From NCBI GenBank assembly GCA_951406725.2, contig OX597819.1, forward strand, positions 116,808,001-116,872,000: DNA of 64,000 bases. The letters run 5' to 3'. The position numbers were made by a program, and so were the translations under genes. The stretch comes from Octopus vulgaris. Taxonomy: Eukaryota. The notes under the pieces were generated by a model, which did not search any database, was not told where the DNA came from, and saw nothing but the letters and a program-made list of their open reading frames with translations. Below are positions 28,394 to 46,590 of the stretch, in pieces (position 1 is the first letter of the stretch; each line of letters begins with the position of its first letter).

Positions 28394-28445
28394 ACTGTAT
28401 TCATTCATGTTCTTTTCTGTCTGTCTATATGTCTGTCACACACAC

Positions 28446-28481
<36 letters not shown>

Positions 28482-28779
28482 CATACACATACTCAAACAT
28501 AGTGAAAACGAATCTATTCCATGAAAAAGGGAGAAGCTACACGCATATATTCAGTACCGTACTCATATTTACCCGTAACATTAGCATTGAACACATTTTC
28601 GGTAGCCTTTGGCTTCTTATTAATTAGGCCAGAAAATACTGCTACAGAACTAAAGTTTATCTATCTCTACATGCATCGCTTTGATTCGTTGAACTATTTA
28701 CCTTTTATTCTCTAAATTCCAATATATAAGTCATACTTTCACTCAATTAATCCTATTCAAAAGCTTATTAAAAATATCA

Positions 28780-28811
28780 ATATGTACACTGACACAGACA
28801 CACACACACAG

Positions 28812-28857
<46 letters not shown>

Positions 28858-28858
28858 G

Positions 28859-28907
<49 letters not shown>

Positions 28908-28933
28908 GTGTGTGTATATATATATGTATGTAA

Positions 28934-28979
<46 letters not shown>

Positions 28980-29185
28980 ATAGATATAGATATATCTATA
29001 TATATACATATATATTTATACACATACATATGTAATATAGTATACATAAATGTAATTATATACATATATATATATATATATATATACATATATAGGATAT
29101 GTTATATACATGTATAATATATTAATATATTATATATGCATATACACACACACATATATGTATGTACGTATGTATACGTATATAC
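28780..29185. repeat. (CA)n/(TA)n/(TAGA)n compound microsatellite
   Basis: Directly visible. Confidence 0.95.
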
Positions 29186-29667
29186 AACCCCTACACTCAA
29201 AGAATTTTTTTATTCTATGTTTCTCTTTTCTTTTACATTCTGTGTCTAATTCCATTCATTCATTACCATCTTAATTAGTTTCGATTCATTGATTCAGCAC
29301 TTTCCCTTAGGAGCTGAAGGCTATGAACATGAATGTTAGAAGAAGCCAGATAGAAAGTAGAAAAAAAAAACAGTACATAACTAAATGGGAGTAATTGTCG
29401 CTCACCAATCTCACGGAGATAGCAAAAGGCATAATAGAAAACACAAAGGAAAAAAAATGATATAATCAGGCCTTAATTGTTTAGTTAACCTGAAGCGAGA
29501 GCTAATTAAGAAAAAAAATGTGTAACCTTCTAAATGCCACATTAGCAAATCTTGAAATAATACCAGTTTTAATGTGTCTCTCCACGCGCGCACACACACA
29601 CACGCGCGCATACATGAACGCACACACATTTATACACATACATAAGAAAGCACATACATATACATAG

Positions 29668-29705
<38 letters not shown>

Positions 29706-30909
29706 TATATATATTTTTTATTTATAAATAAATATATATCATATATATATATATATATACATATTTTATAAATATATGTGTGTATGTGTGTGTGTGTATG
29801 TTTACGTGTATGCGTATATATGTATGAAATATTTATTTGTTTCTCTGCAGTTATGTACGTACGTTTGTGTATATAGCTATGATTATGTGTATGCATGCAT
29901 GCATACATGTATGTGCCTCGCGTAAATTGCCTCCTACAGATCGACATTCGAAATATATCGGCAGAAATAAACGCTATAATGTAAACGCTGTTATTATACC
30001 GAAGACATATTTCGAAGTTAGAAGAAAAGATTTCTTGCCACGTTTGTTCTGGAAAACTTAAAACTGAGGAAAATTCGACGCTAATATGGATTCACTTTGT
30101 TTAATACTAAGTTTTACACTTTAGCCTGTTAATCATTCAAACTTAATACGATTAATTTAATATACATTTTGTTAATCTATTTTTTACAAAAAGAACTAAT
30201 GGATGCTGAGTTTAGACGTATGCATTGTCATGTTTTATCATGAGACAGACCAAATAAATAATAAAAAACCTGCATACACTTTGTGACAAAAGTGAAATTC
30301 AATTCTCGAGACAGACATTTTATAGCATACACTGAAACCAAATGCAATGGTTATTCCTAACGTTTAGGTTACTTTAGAAATTTTAATATCTTTCGTTGCA
30401 GTAAATACATATGTTTATCATTTATATCGTATTGTATTGCAAATTCTTCACTCCTTTCATTCGCTTCATCTTTTGAATTTTCATCTCTTGCAATTTCTCA
30501 TAAGTTGTATAAACAGCGCATAGTATCAAACGATTGCTCTCTCACGTTTTTCTCCTCCAATATTAAGAAGCAGGTATTTTCGTTAGTGAACTGCATCTGT
30601 AGTGCAAGAACTAAAGCTTATAAAAATAAGTGCTTGTGTGTATTAAAACTATATACATAATATATTATCAAAATATCAAGCACAGGCATGCATACACACA
30701 CACATACATGTAGTATATATACAGACATAATTTTGTATATACGTATACATAAATACCACACATATAAATAGCTATCTATCTATCTATCTATCTGTTTTGT
30801 CTTAGTATAAATGATGGGCTACAGCAAATATTCTGCTCACCACCGCAGATATGCTTGTCAGTTGTTTTACCTTAAACAGTTGAGCATGTTCCTTAGTGGC
30901 TGACGATAG

Positions 30910-32023
30910 CTCAGTTTTTAGATCCACCAGATCTTTCGTTTACAATGTTCGCAAGTAGTTAGATGCCTCATATAGGAAGATTCCACAGTTATCGATATAC
31001 AAAAAGTATTCCTAACGATCCAATACCATTAGATGACCCGAATTTATTCAACGAGTTTTGCAGATCTTTAGCGGAAATCCCAGAAAATCTATGAAATCAA
31101 TTGCAGAAAATTTTCATATGTCAGAATGGACAATCCGAAATACTGTCCATGAAGAAATGCTGTCCATAAATTACTAGTCTTATGTGATGAAGAGAAGTCA
31201 ATAAATGTCTGAAAACAAACAAACAAAAAAAAAACAAAAACAAAAACAAAAAAACAAAAAACAGAGGCAAATCGATCGCTCAGAACTAAAAAACTATTAA
31301 ACATACTTGAAAATTGAGAACATAACAATATGTGGCTTTTCTCAGATGAGAAAAAGCCTTTAGCCAGGACAAGGAGATTAAAAGAAAAAATGACCGATGA
31401 TTTTGTTCAGACCCTTCGAAAGTTCCAATAGTCATGCACGCAAAGTTCCCTGCAACTGTCATGACATTTGGAGTTGATGATTCCTCACTTCTTTCCACAA
31501 AGCCTTAGGGTTATCTTTGCTAGCTATACTGAGGTCTTGGAAACAATTGTCAAGCGCTGGATTGATTGAGTACGCATTGGAAGGCCGTCCGTGTTTAAGC
31601 TCGACTCTGTGCCATCACATAATTCTAAGGTCACCCAAGAATGGATGACTGACAATTTTAAGATCACACAACCTCTTAAATTTGGCCTTGAATCTGACCA
31701 GATCTCAAACCATTGGATTACTATAGCGGACTGCTATAGCGCGAGGTCAATCAACACCTCTATAACACCAGTAATTCTTTGAAAGCCCCCATATTCGAAA
31801 TAATGTCTGATATGAACCAGGACCAGTTAATTCGGGTATATAGACGATTCAGACCTCACAAAGAAGCGGTTATTGATGGTGAAGGTGGATTCATTGATTA
31901 AGTTTATAAAGGAGATGGCCATATTTATATGTACAAAGTTTTGATTCCTAAAACCGTTTTCTGCTATTATATGTATGGTTTTCTAAAACGCAAATTTGTC
32001 CTCAGATAACTCACGCCCCCTTT
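30910..32023 (+). mobile_element. maT/DD37D-like transposon remnant
   Basis: KSMKSIAENFHMSEWTIRN, WLFSDEK, VPIVMHAKFPATVMTFG, VFKLDSVPSHNSKVTQEWM, PDLKPLDYY (third catalytic residue D). Many stops and frameshifts. Confidence 0.75.
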
Positions 32024-33499
32024 ATGTATACATTTATAAACTGAAATTTTATACCACCCTTCTCTCTAAATGTTCCACTATGACTTCACCAAACACTCAT
32101 ATACCACAATATTAATAACGGTAACGTACGATTATTCGTCACAAAATACAAGAAACCAAAATTATTCGGTAATGCAAAATCCCGTTCATCGAATGCTTAC
32201 CTAACCATAGCAGCCATTTGAGAGTGGATGTATGAATGTGTTTCTGGCACAACAATCACATCAGACATTAGAATATAATGGAATATATTTCGATGCATAA
32301 ACTTGTTTCGTATTTAATTTCTTTGAACTATTAATTAGATATTAAAATTTAAACAAAATTGATTCAAACTGATAAGTCCTTACCTTGTTTTCTGTATTTA
32401 TTCCCTGTGGATATTAGTTGTGTTGAACTGGTAATAAATCAAGTTCAATCAAATCAGTTTTCCTGTTTCAAGTTCATATACCCGAGGATTATACTAATTA
32501 TGCAATATATTTTCGTGTGAAGCACAAAGCCTCTTGCATTCTCATGCGTCATGGTTTTTCTTTTCGTTCTGACTCTAACTCAGTTTTTCCCCCTTATTGC
32601 CTATGTATTCTTATCTGCCTAGTTACCTATGTAACTAGATATGTGAGGCCTGGTGCTATTCCTTTCGAGTACTACAATGAAGAATGACATTAATGCGAGA
32701 ATGTGTGTCTCCTCATTACAGTACACCTGTTTCATTACCAGTTTATTTTGTACACATTCCATTCGGTTGAAATGTCAAGATATGAAGCAGAGAGATGACA
32801 AGTCTATGAATCTGGGTAAATCCAGATAATATTTATTCTTTGTTTTGCTTGATGATAATGATGGTGTTGATGGGACACAGTTTGCAGCATAAGCTTGAGA
32901 GTAAACAGTTTATGATGCACTTCTAGACATATATGCCAAATATGCGGATACGTCATCGTGACTTTTATTCGACGCATGGATTGAAGTTGCTCAGCTTTAG
33001 AGAATGTAGACATATGGCTGTAAGAAACGTTGGAGATGTGATGCAAATTTCAACTGTCATAGATACCTCGTAAGTGGAGATGAAGTGCATTGTGAATGGA
33101 ACAGTGTCCACTCATGTAATAATGTGGAGAAAAGGTCGGGTTCTCCGGGGAAGTGTGGAAGATGTAAGAGACATTATGTTTATATAACACCAGCGGCTGA
33201 TACATGAAGGCAGACGGGAAATATTTTACATTTTAGAGATTAGATTTGTAATGTCGCCATATCCATAGAGGGTATTAGTGTCGCATGATGTATACATTAG
33301 CAGAGATATGCTTTGAAGATCGGCACCCAAAAGCCTCTTCGATAAATTCACACACACACACACACATAAATTTACACATATATATGTGCTAAATGTACAT
33401 AGATACGTATGTATCTATATATAGTACATGAATATACATGTTTGATATTATATCATGTATACAGGTTTAATATACCAAAGCACATATACTTATTCATTC

Positions 33500-33930
33500 T
33501 TTTAGGATCGGATACGTAAATCACCATGACTATGCTGGTCCGTTTCGATCAGACGCATGGAAAATATCTGGAGAAATGCAATTGATTCTGTACGATCTTT
33601 ATTGACTTCGCAAAGGCATTTTATGTAATAAACCGTTCAAACGTGTCATAGAAACTCATTACGTTTCAAAGATTTCCCATTTATAATCTTGTCCTAAACC
33701 TGAATACGAGAACAGTTATTGCTGTCCAAACACTGCGAAATACAATGCTACAGGTGTACAAGAGTGTTGTTTACCATGCTAAATTTAATCTCATGGTATT
33801 TGCCTGCAATGCTGAAGGTATTCTGCGATGTATCCTGTAATATAAAGACACACACAGTCATTTTTACTAACCTGTTTAATTTGTTACACTCTAAATCAAA
33901 GGCTGGAGCCACACACATCTAAGTGTAAGA
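33500..33930 (+). mobile_element. decayed LINE (RTE-like) RT fragment
   Basis: IFIDFAKAF at about 33595-33622 (RT motif FxDFxKAFD). Confidence 0.5.
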
Positions 33931-33994
33931 CAAGCCGTTTTCTGAATTTTGAGTCTTATCATTCTGTAGCGCAGTAATCGAATCATTGAAAATT

Positions 33995-34195
33995 CGTTTT
34001 ACTCTTTCATTCTTTTAATTGATTCTGTCATTTGATTGCGGCCATGCTGATGCAATACCTTCAGTTGAACTAATCAACCCCAGGACGTATTCTATCGCGC
34101 TATTTTGCCGAACAGCTAGTTTACGGGGACGTAAACACACTAAGAATGGTTGTCAAGTGATGGCGGGGGGGCAACACAGACACACAAATACATAC
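33995..34195 (-). mobile_element. partial CORE-like SINE (3' half)
   Basis: gtcatttgattgcggccatgctg...ttttgccgaacagctag...ggggacgtaaacacac matches 51731-51925. Confidence 0.8.
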
Positions 34196-34235
34196 ATAAA
34201 TACTACATACATACATACATACGTACATACATATA

Positions 34236-34293
<58 letters not shown>

Positions 34294-34492
34294 CACGATG
34301 AAAATTATTGAATTAACAATTTATACCACTGGTTAGCATGCGTACTATGTGAAAAGACACAACTATTTTCATAATATAATTATGGATAAAAATCAATACG
34401 CGGAGAAGTCCAGCATGTGGACTTCTTATATAATAGGGAGGCCAGTCAAAACTCAAACTACGAAAAAAGCATTCTTACTTATTGGCCGTTGC

Positions 34493-34528
<36 letters not shown>

Positions 34529-34712
34529 ATCTGTTTGTCTGTCTCTCTATCTATCCCCGTCTGTTTGTGTGAATGTATGCCTGCTTATACAGATATGAAG
34601 GTACTGGCGTATATACAATATATCGATGAAACACACGTGAGAGAAAGTTTGAGTTTAATGTAGGTATGTATAAATATATATATATGGTGCATATATATAT
34701 ATATATACACAT

Positions 34713-34765
<53 letters not shown>

Positions 34766-34770
34766 TATAT

Positions 34771-34971
34771 AAATATTATTAGAGACAAAACCACTATTTT
34801 TGCAAAACAAACAAGGAAAGACTTAATCAATACATAAAATTTTAATAAATAGTCAAAAAAACCGCCACAATATTGTGGCGGTTTTTTTGACTATTTATTA
34901 AAATTTTATGTATTGATTAAGTCTTTCCTTGTTTGTTTTGCAAAATAGTGGTTTTGTCTCTAATAATATTT
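34771..34971. repeat. spacer-less palindrome with arms of about 100 bp
   Basis: 34771-34871 versus 34872-34971, centred on ccacaat|attgtgg; one 1-nt indel. Confidence 0.95.
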
Positions 34972-35057
34972 TATAATATTTTACTATAAAATTGGATTTA
35001 ATCCTAAATCTGATTTTTTTCCCTGTAAATTTGGATTTATTCCCTAATATTTATTAT

Positions 35058-35107
<50 letters not shown>

Positions 35108-35465
35108 GTGCATACATGTACATAATAAGGAAAGCATAGAAAAGAGAAGTTTAAATAGAAATATTAATAATTATAACATTCTTCGTTTCATTTTTTGTTT
35201 CATTTACGCTTCAAGGTAATTGATATTGGGTTTCTATATTTATTCCCAGTTTGAAGATTTTCTTTGCTAATCAAAACTTATCTTCAGGCATTAGGCACTT
35301 ATTTGTCTGAGGCCAAATAATAAATTTAACGGCTATGCATATATATGTATATATCATATACATATATCATATGTATATATATATATATACATATATATAA
35401 TATATATAGATACACACATACATACATACATACGTACATACATACACATACATATGTATGTATGC

Positions 35466-35514
<49 letters not shown>

Positions 35515-35546
35515 CATACATACATACATATATATACATATATATA

Positions 35547-36575
35547 CAGGGGTTGGACAAAATAAAGGAAACACCTAGCATCATAGCATCATAATTTTGA
35601 GATATCTGTAGAACCGATATTTTGTATGTTTTTGGATTTGAATTGCTTAATTTGCTAAGGTAAAATTGCTGTTTCTTTGCAGATATCATTAGGTAAATGT
35701 AATTAAAATTCAGTCAAATGAAAGATCCATCGAAATTTCAAAGCGGTCAAATTGTTGATGCTCGTATGGCAGTATGTAGCGTAAAGAAAACAGCCTAAAT
35801 GTTTGGAGTATCAAGGAGTACTGCCGCGAAAGTAACGGCAGCTTTTGTGAAAGAGGGAAAAACCTCCTCGTCGACACAATCTCCGGAAGAAAACCAAAAC
35901 TTTCAGATAGGGACTGTCGGACTCTTACCCGAATTGTTAGAAAGGATCACAAAAGTACAGCTCCCAATATTACTGCAGAGCTTAATGACAACTTCAAGAA
36001 CCTAGTTTCCATAAAACTGTTCACCCGGAGCAGCGTAAAGCCGGATTTCACGAGAAGGCTGCAATCAGAAAACCACTAATTCCAAAATCAAACGTTGCAA
36101 ATCTTTGAGATTGGAGTAAAAAACTTACAAAATTGGTCCCTAGTGCAGTGGAAAAATGTTATTCTCTCGGACGTGTCATCCTTTAACTTATTTCCGAATA
36201 CCGACCGAGTATACGTCTGGAAACAGCCGAAAGAAGCATTTGACCATGACTGCTTTCTTCCATCTGTTAAATATAGAAGAGGATCTGTGATAATCTGAGA
36301 GGCTATATCTTAGACATCCGCCGGCCCAATCGGTTCCCTTCATGCCATAATTAATAGTGAAGTCTACTTAAGCGTTTTTTCTGATAAAATTCATCCTAAG
36401 TTTGAGGAACTGTTTCCGGAGCGAAATACAAACTTTCAGAAAGATAATGCATCATTTCACAAAGCTAAAGCTGTTACTGAATGGCACGAGGAACATTCTA
36501 GTGAAGTTGTACATGTTATCCGGCGACCACAGTCCCCAAATCTCAATATCATTGAACATGTATGATGCATTTTAG
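35547..36575 (+). mobile_element. Tc1-family (DD34E-type) transposon, 3' end lost
   Basis: TA followed by TIR caggggttggacaaaataaaggaaacac. Motifs [33 protein letters not shown], with frameshifts. Confidence 0.88.
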
Positions 36576-36781
36576 AAAAACATCATCACTACACGTGCTA
36601 GAGACACTTTTCGTTGAAGAATGGACAAAATCTCCTTTCGAAACAATTCCAAATTCGTAAATAAGGGACACACGGATATATATATATATATATGTACATA
36701 CATACATGCATAAATGTATGTGCGTGTATATATACGTATATATGTACCTACATATATATACACATATATATATTATGTATG

Positions 36782-36855
<74 letters not shown>

Positions 36856-37008
36856 TATGTAAGTATGTATGAGATATGTGCATAAATATACATATGTCAG
36901 GTCATTATTGTCTCTTTCACACCTATGCCTCAAGCCAACTTCTTCCCATTCTGTTCACTCCAGTGGGACTTGACAGTTTAACTGACCTACATCGTTTTAT
37001 ACATACAT

Positions 37009-37150
<142 letters not shown>

Positions 37151-37344
37151 ACGATAAATACATATTTCTATATATTTTTTACCATAGAAATAAATATTTA
37201 ACATAATAAATGTGTTGTAGGAAATAATCCTAATGTTTTAAGTTTCTAATTTAGTTAATGGAATTTTTTCTATAAGAAAAATATTTTTTTTTTTATTTCT
37301 TAGATAAATATTGTTTGAATCTCTTTGCTTATTTATTTACTATT

Positions 37345-37620
37345 ATCATTAACCTGAAGATCGACCATAATTTTAATTCGAATTTATTTGACTTGAATTT
37401 AAACTTAATTTTAATTCGAGTTTGATTGTAGCCATGAAACGTACGTAGTGTTTTTAATTATATTATATATTTTTCACTTATTTTATACTATTTGAGATCT
37501 AGTTAAAAGTTATATATTAATACGTATATATATATTTTTTGTTATTTATGTATTTGGTTATGTCTATCACTGTTTGAGTTGCATAATAGTGGTTTTATCC
37601 CTAATTCATATTTTATATAC
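37345..37620 (+). mobile_element. PLE-like terminal repeat remnant with degenerate hammerhead
   Basis: CTGAAGA (37354) ... GAAAC-GTAC-GTA (37436-37447) with palindromic stem III. The tail atagtggttttatccctaat resembles 34945-34964. Confidence 0.45.
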
Positions 37621-37683
37621 GGTGGTGCATCAGCATGGGCTAATTCATATTTTATATAACGGCGGTGCAGCTCTGAGATGAAA

Positions 37684-37767
<84 letters not shown>

Positions 37768-38729
37768 TATGTGCATTTGTGACTGTGTGTGTACGTGAGT
37801 GCGTGCTCGCACGCGCTTGTGTATGTGCATGTCTATCATGCCTTATTTAGTCGCTTCTCTCTTCACGTAAAATAGGACAGTCCACTATAGAATTTCATAA
37901 TGTCATAACACACTAGTTCACATTTAGCCTAGTATATTTTATTTTGATTATAGTTACTTTTGTAAGCAGAATACTTTCTCGACTATATTCACATATTAAA
38001 CACGAATATTCGCTCAGAACTCCTCCAATTTACCAGTAGCATGCCTGGTGTATGTGCAGTATGAATTATTTAGCGAAATGTACACTGCGGTTATGATAAT
38101 ATGTACATTGCAACATTTTGCATGTGCAACATGTTACGAAACAGTGATAGTGATTAAGGAAATCAGAAGAATTTAGGGCCGTTCCATTATTTCGCACTTC
38201 CACAATTAAGGTAATATATTGTTATCGTCGTATTTACGTTTTATCGCTGTGTGCTCTAACGTTCTGATATTGTAAGACATCAAAAGAAATATAAATTGAT
38301 GGATATCATGATTATCATCGCACTGAATCTGTACCACATTTGATATATCAGTGAAATTTTGTATTTAATCATATGCATTTTTTATGAAGAAATATGAAAT
38401 ATTTCTGAACAAGAAAATTAGGAGATATGACCGCTTGTATTTTAAACGTTTTGTCTTCTGCAGTGTACTTTCCGTTAGATTTTGGGTTTGAACACAAAAA
38501 CTACATTCCCTTTCTACCCTGAGAAAGCGGAATTTATTTAAATAATTGAGTTCCAATTTCGCTAGGTTTCATAAATGAGGTACCACTGGGTTTGACTAAA
38601 TCGGTAATCACTTCCGTCAAACTTTGCTTTTTTTATGAAGTAACTATTAAGGAAAGACGTTAACAATTCTGAAAAAAAGATTTCATTCATAAGTTTATAG
38701 TATTCTGGGTTACTAATCTCATAGTTGTG

Positions 38730-39010
38730 CAGGCATATGGCCTAGTGGTTAGAGCAGCGGATTCGCGGTCGAGGGATCGCTGGTTCGAATCTCAGACCGG
38801 GTGATGAGCGAAACACCTAAGCTCCATGCAGTTCCGGCAGAAGGTAATGACAAACGTCTACCGACTCTTTCGCCACAACTTTCTCTCACTCTGTCCTCCT
38901 GCATCTTGCAGCTCACCTGCGACAGACCGTCGTCCAATACATGTGGGGAACCTATACGTTAAGGAAACCGGTCCTTATGAGCCAGGCATGGCTCTAGAAG
39001 GAACAAACAA
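38730..39010 (+). mobile_element. tRNA-derived SINE (third family)
   Basis: A-box TGGCCTAGTGG and B-box GGTTCGAATCT, followed by a non-tRNA body and an (AAC)-like tail. No complete cloverleaf. Confidence 0.8.
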
Positions 39011-40331
39011 TCTCATCTTTACTGGGTATATTAACAATTAAGCTTACATTTAAACCATATGTTCGCTCAACGTCATCTTCAAAAAATCAATAGGTAACAA
39101 AATTATCACGTGTGAAACTTATATGGCAACTCTAAGCGATCATCGATTAAACCGATTGAGTAGGAGTGTAAATATAAATATTTAAATAATGTAAATATTT
39201 AAGATCAAGTTAATATCGCTGAACGTTATGTTATTATCTATATAACATTAAAACATGGTGATGCAAACTAACTTCTCAGGAAAACAATTTCAGTTTCATT
39301 ATGTATTCACACTGTCTAATTAAGTTTGGCTAAGTTTTCATCAAGCATCTTAGTAAATTGGTCAAATGCTGATCTAGCATTGAACAAGTGTTCATTAGAG
39401 TCAAACGATGATATATTTAAAAGCAAATCGATCGATCACTCACACGATAAGAAGCAGCTATAAAGAAATTGTTCACATCTCTGGCACCTGCGTGTCTAGT
39501 GGAGCGTAATTAATTTTTGAAAAATATCATGCTTCAATAGAAGTGAGAAATCTATCGAAATCAACGCATTCGACCGAATAACAATTAAGCATATTTTATA
39601 ACACTGATAATAATCCATATAAGCCAATATAATTTATCATTATCTGAAGATAATTTTCATATCTTGTTATTTTCAATAGCCATTTCTTCATTGGCATCGC
39701 TTTTTATGGGCAAATTTAGATCATTATCAGATACTGCATTCACTGACTGACTTAGGAAATAAATAATTAGAAACACCTAGTTAATTAGTTTAAATATATT
39801 TGTAATTGAAGTATAGCATTTTCCCTTCGAATATACGTCTACATACATGTACAGACAGGACCTAATACACACACACAGACACACACACACACACTTATAT
39901 ACATATATATACTCTTAAACATAAGATCTCTTAAATAAGTTCTTAAATGAGTTGGCTTCTCCACTACACATTCTATTTACATGCATAAATACCTATGTGA
40001 ATATACTGAAGCATGCTTACGCAAATGCTAACACAGATACACACATACACACACACACATATATATATATATAAGGATGTGTGTTTGTATATTTCTGTCT
40101 TTATGTAGGCATTCATGTGAAAGGTAATATTTTGTATTATATCTATACTGTATAAATTAAAGGCCTGATAATAGTAATAATAACAATGCTACAAGTTTTA
40201 ACACAAAGCTGTCAATTCTAAGGTGTGGAAGCAAGTCAATTACATAGACTCCTTCACATGACAGGTACTTCATTCTCTGAGTATTGGTCCGGAAGAAACA
40301 CGTCAAACATTTTACTGACGCTCAACCACCA

Positions 40332-40366
<35 letters not shown>

Positions 40367-40391
40367 ATAATAATAATAATAATAACGATAA

Positions 40392-40610
40392 TCTTTTCTA
40401 CTAAAGGCAGAGGGCATGACATTTTGGGGGGGGAGTGGGGCCAGTTGATTAAATCGACCCCAGTACGCAACTGGTACGTAATTTCTCGACCCCGAAAGGA
40501 TGAAAGGCAAAGTGGGCCTCGTAGGAATTTGAACTCAGAACGTGGCGTCGGCCGACATACCGGTAGGCATTTCGTCCAGCGTGCTAACGTTTCTGCCAGC
40601 TCCGCGCCTT
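40392..40610 (-). mobile_element. tRNA-derived SINE (19291 family, alternative tail)
   Basis: Reverse-complement head and core. The tail resembles unit 3 of the 6444 trimer (6880-6932). Lies between triplet repeats. Confidence 0.85.
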
Positions 40611-40619
40611 CAATAACAG

Positions 40620-44886
<4,267 letters not shown>

Positions 44887-44895
44887 TTGTTGTTG

Positions 44896-44942
<47 letters not shown>

Positions 44943-44976
44943 GTTGTTGTTGTTGTTGTTGTTATTATTGTTGTTG

Positions 44977-45008
<32 letters not shown>

Positions 45009-45027
45009 GTTGTTGTTGTTATTATTG

Positions 45028-45110
<83 letters not shown>

Positions 45111-45356
45111 ATTAACGACAACAATAATGATGAATACAAATCATGGTACGAATCCAACATTGTTTTAGTAGTACTTGTCTGTTTCTTACCTTTATCGACT
45201 GCGACAGTATAAACGGTGAGATAAATTGCGGCAAAATTTAAGCTGTAAACATAAACAGGCTGAAAAGTGTCCGAAGTAATTTGGTACGGCGTGCCAGCAA
45301 TTTGGCTAGCTCACCACTTAAGTAATGATGATGATGATGATGATGATGATAATAAT

Positions 45357-46590
45357 AACCTGACCAAGTATAAAGATCTTGAAATAGAAATTGGCAAAAT
45401 GTGTACGTCCAAGACTACTCTTTACTTTTCTTTACTCTTTTACTGGTTTCATCCATTTGAGCGTGGCCATGCTGGATCATCGCCTTTAGTTGAGCAAATC
45501 GACCCCAGGACGTATTCTTTGTAAGCTTAGTACTTATTCTATCGGTCACTTTTGCCGAACCGCTAAGTTACGGTGAAGTAAACATATCAGCAGCTGTTGC
45601 CAAGCGATGTTGGGGGGGACAAACATATAGACACACATACATATATATATACATATATACGACAGGCTTCTTTCAGTTTAGTAAATCCACTCACCAGGCT
45701 TTCGTCGGTCCAAGGCTATAGTAGAAGACACTTGCCCAAAGTGCTACGCAGTGGGGCTGAACCCGGAACCATATTGTTGGTAAGCAAGCTACTTACCACA
45801 CAGCCACTCCTAAAACAATATCTCTTATGGAATGATAGCAGAAGTGGCTGATTCCTACCTTGATTAGATACCAGAAAATCCAACAATGTTAGTATTTCAA
45901 AGAATAGTGTCTATGGGAAGTGCCCATATCCTACGTAAAATATTGTGTATGTACTCCCTAAAATATTTTAATCCGTAAACAGTGCCAAAAGACATTTAAA
46001 TTTACATAACAGCAAATATATTTTTCTTCCATCTATACATCAGACTATCATCTTATAATCAAATTACTTTAAAAAAGAAGTTCTGAATTATTTATGATTT
46101 TGACAGACATTCCCTAGAACAATACTCTGTGCAAAAGCAAAATATATGCAACCCTAGTCATAACTTCAACTTCTCTAACTTGTTGTCTCTCGGGGCCTCT
46201 GGGTGAGACATGGAGTCAAATATGAAGGAACTTGGAATATAAAGGAAATTGGAACACAGTGCCCAGTAGAACTTTTACAAAATGTTTACCTCTTTCTCAC
46301 GGCCAGAGTAATCAGGAAAGTATTACACTGTTGAAAAGAACAAATACATGGTACCATAGGCTGCATTTGGTAAACGTGCTACGCATGCAAGACTCTAGGA
46401 ATTCAACAAAACCTGTGATAAAGGAGATAAAGAAGAAAGAAAAGTTGAGAGATGACAGGTTAGCTTGGGGAGTTAAGCAATTGTTGTCGATGAAAAAGGT
46501 AGCAATATACCAATAATTGTCGGAGCCCTGGGAATAGTGAGCAAAAGTCTTGAGAAGTATGTAGAACAAATAGGGGCTGGGATATGGTTT
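45357..46590 (+). mobile_element. cluster of decayed R4-type RLE 3' fragments, interrupted by a SINE
   Basis: [14 protein letters not shown] before the SINE; FQRIVSMGSAHILRKIL after it; a second-family 3'UTR at 46345-46422; IIVGALGIVSKSLEKYVEQIG at 46512-46580. Confidence 0.7.
45417..45810 (-). mobile_element. full-length CORE-like tRNA SINE
   Basis: Collinear with 51708-52343. On the minus strand: head ggagtggctgtgtggtaag..ggttcagcccc, then ttgggcaagtgtctt. Confidence 0.9.

Noticed and set aside
38730-38810. Functional tRNA gene
   Set aside because: A and B boxes are present, but acceptor and anticodon stems are poor and it runs into a SINE body.
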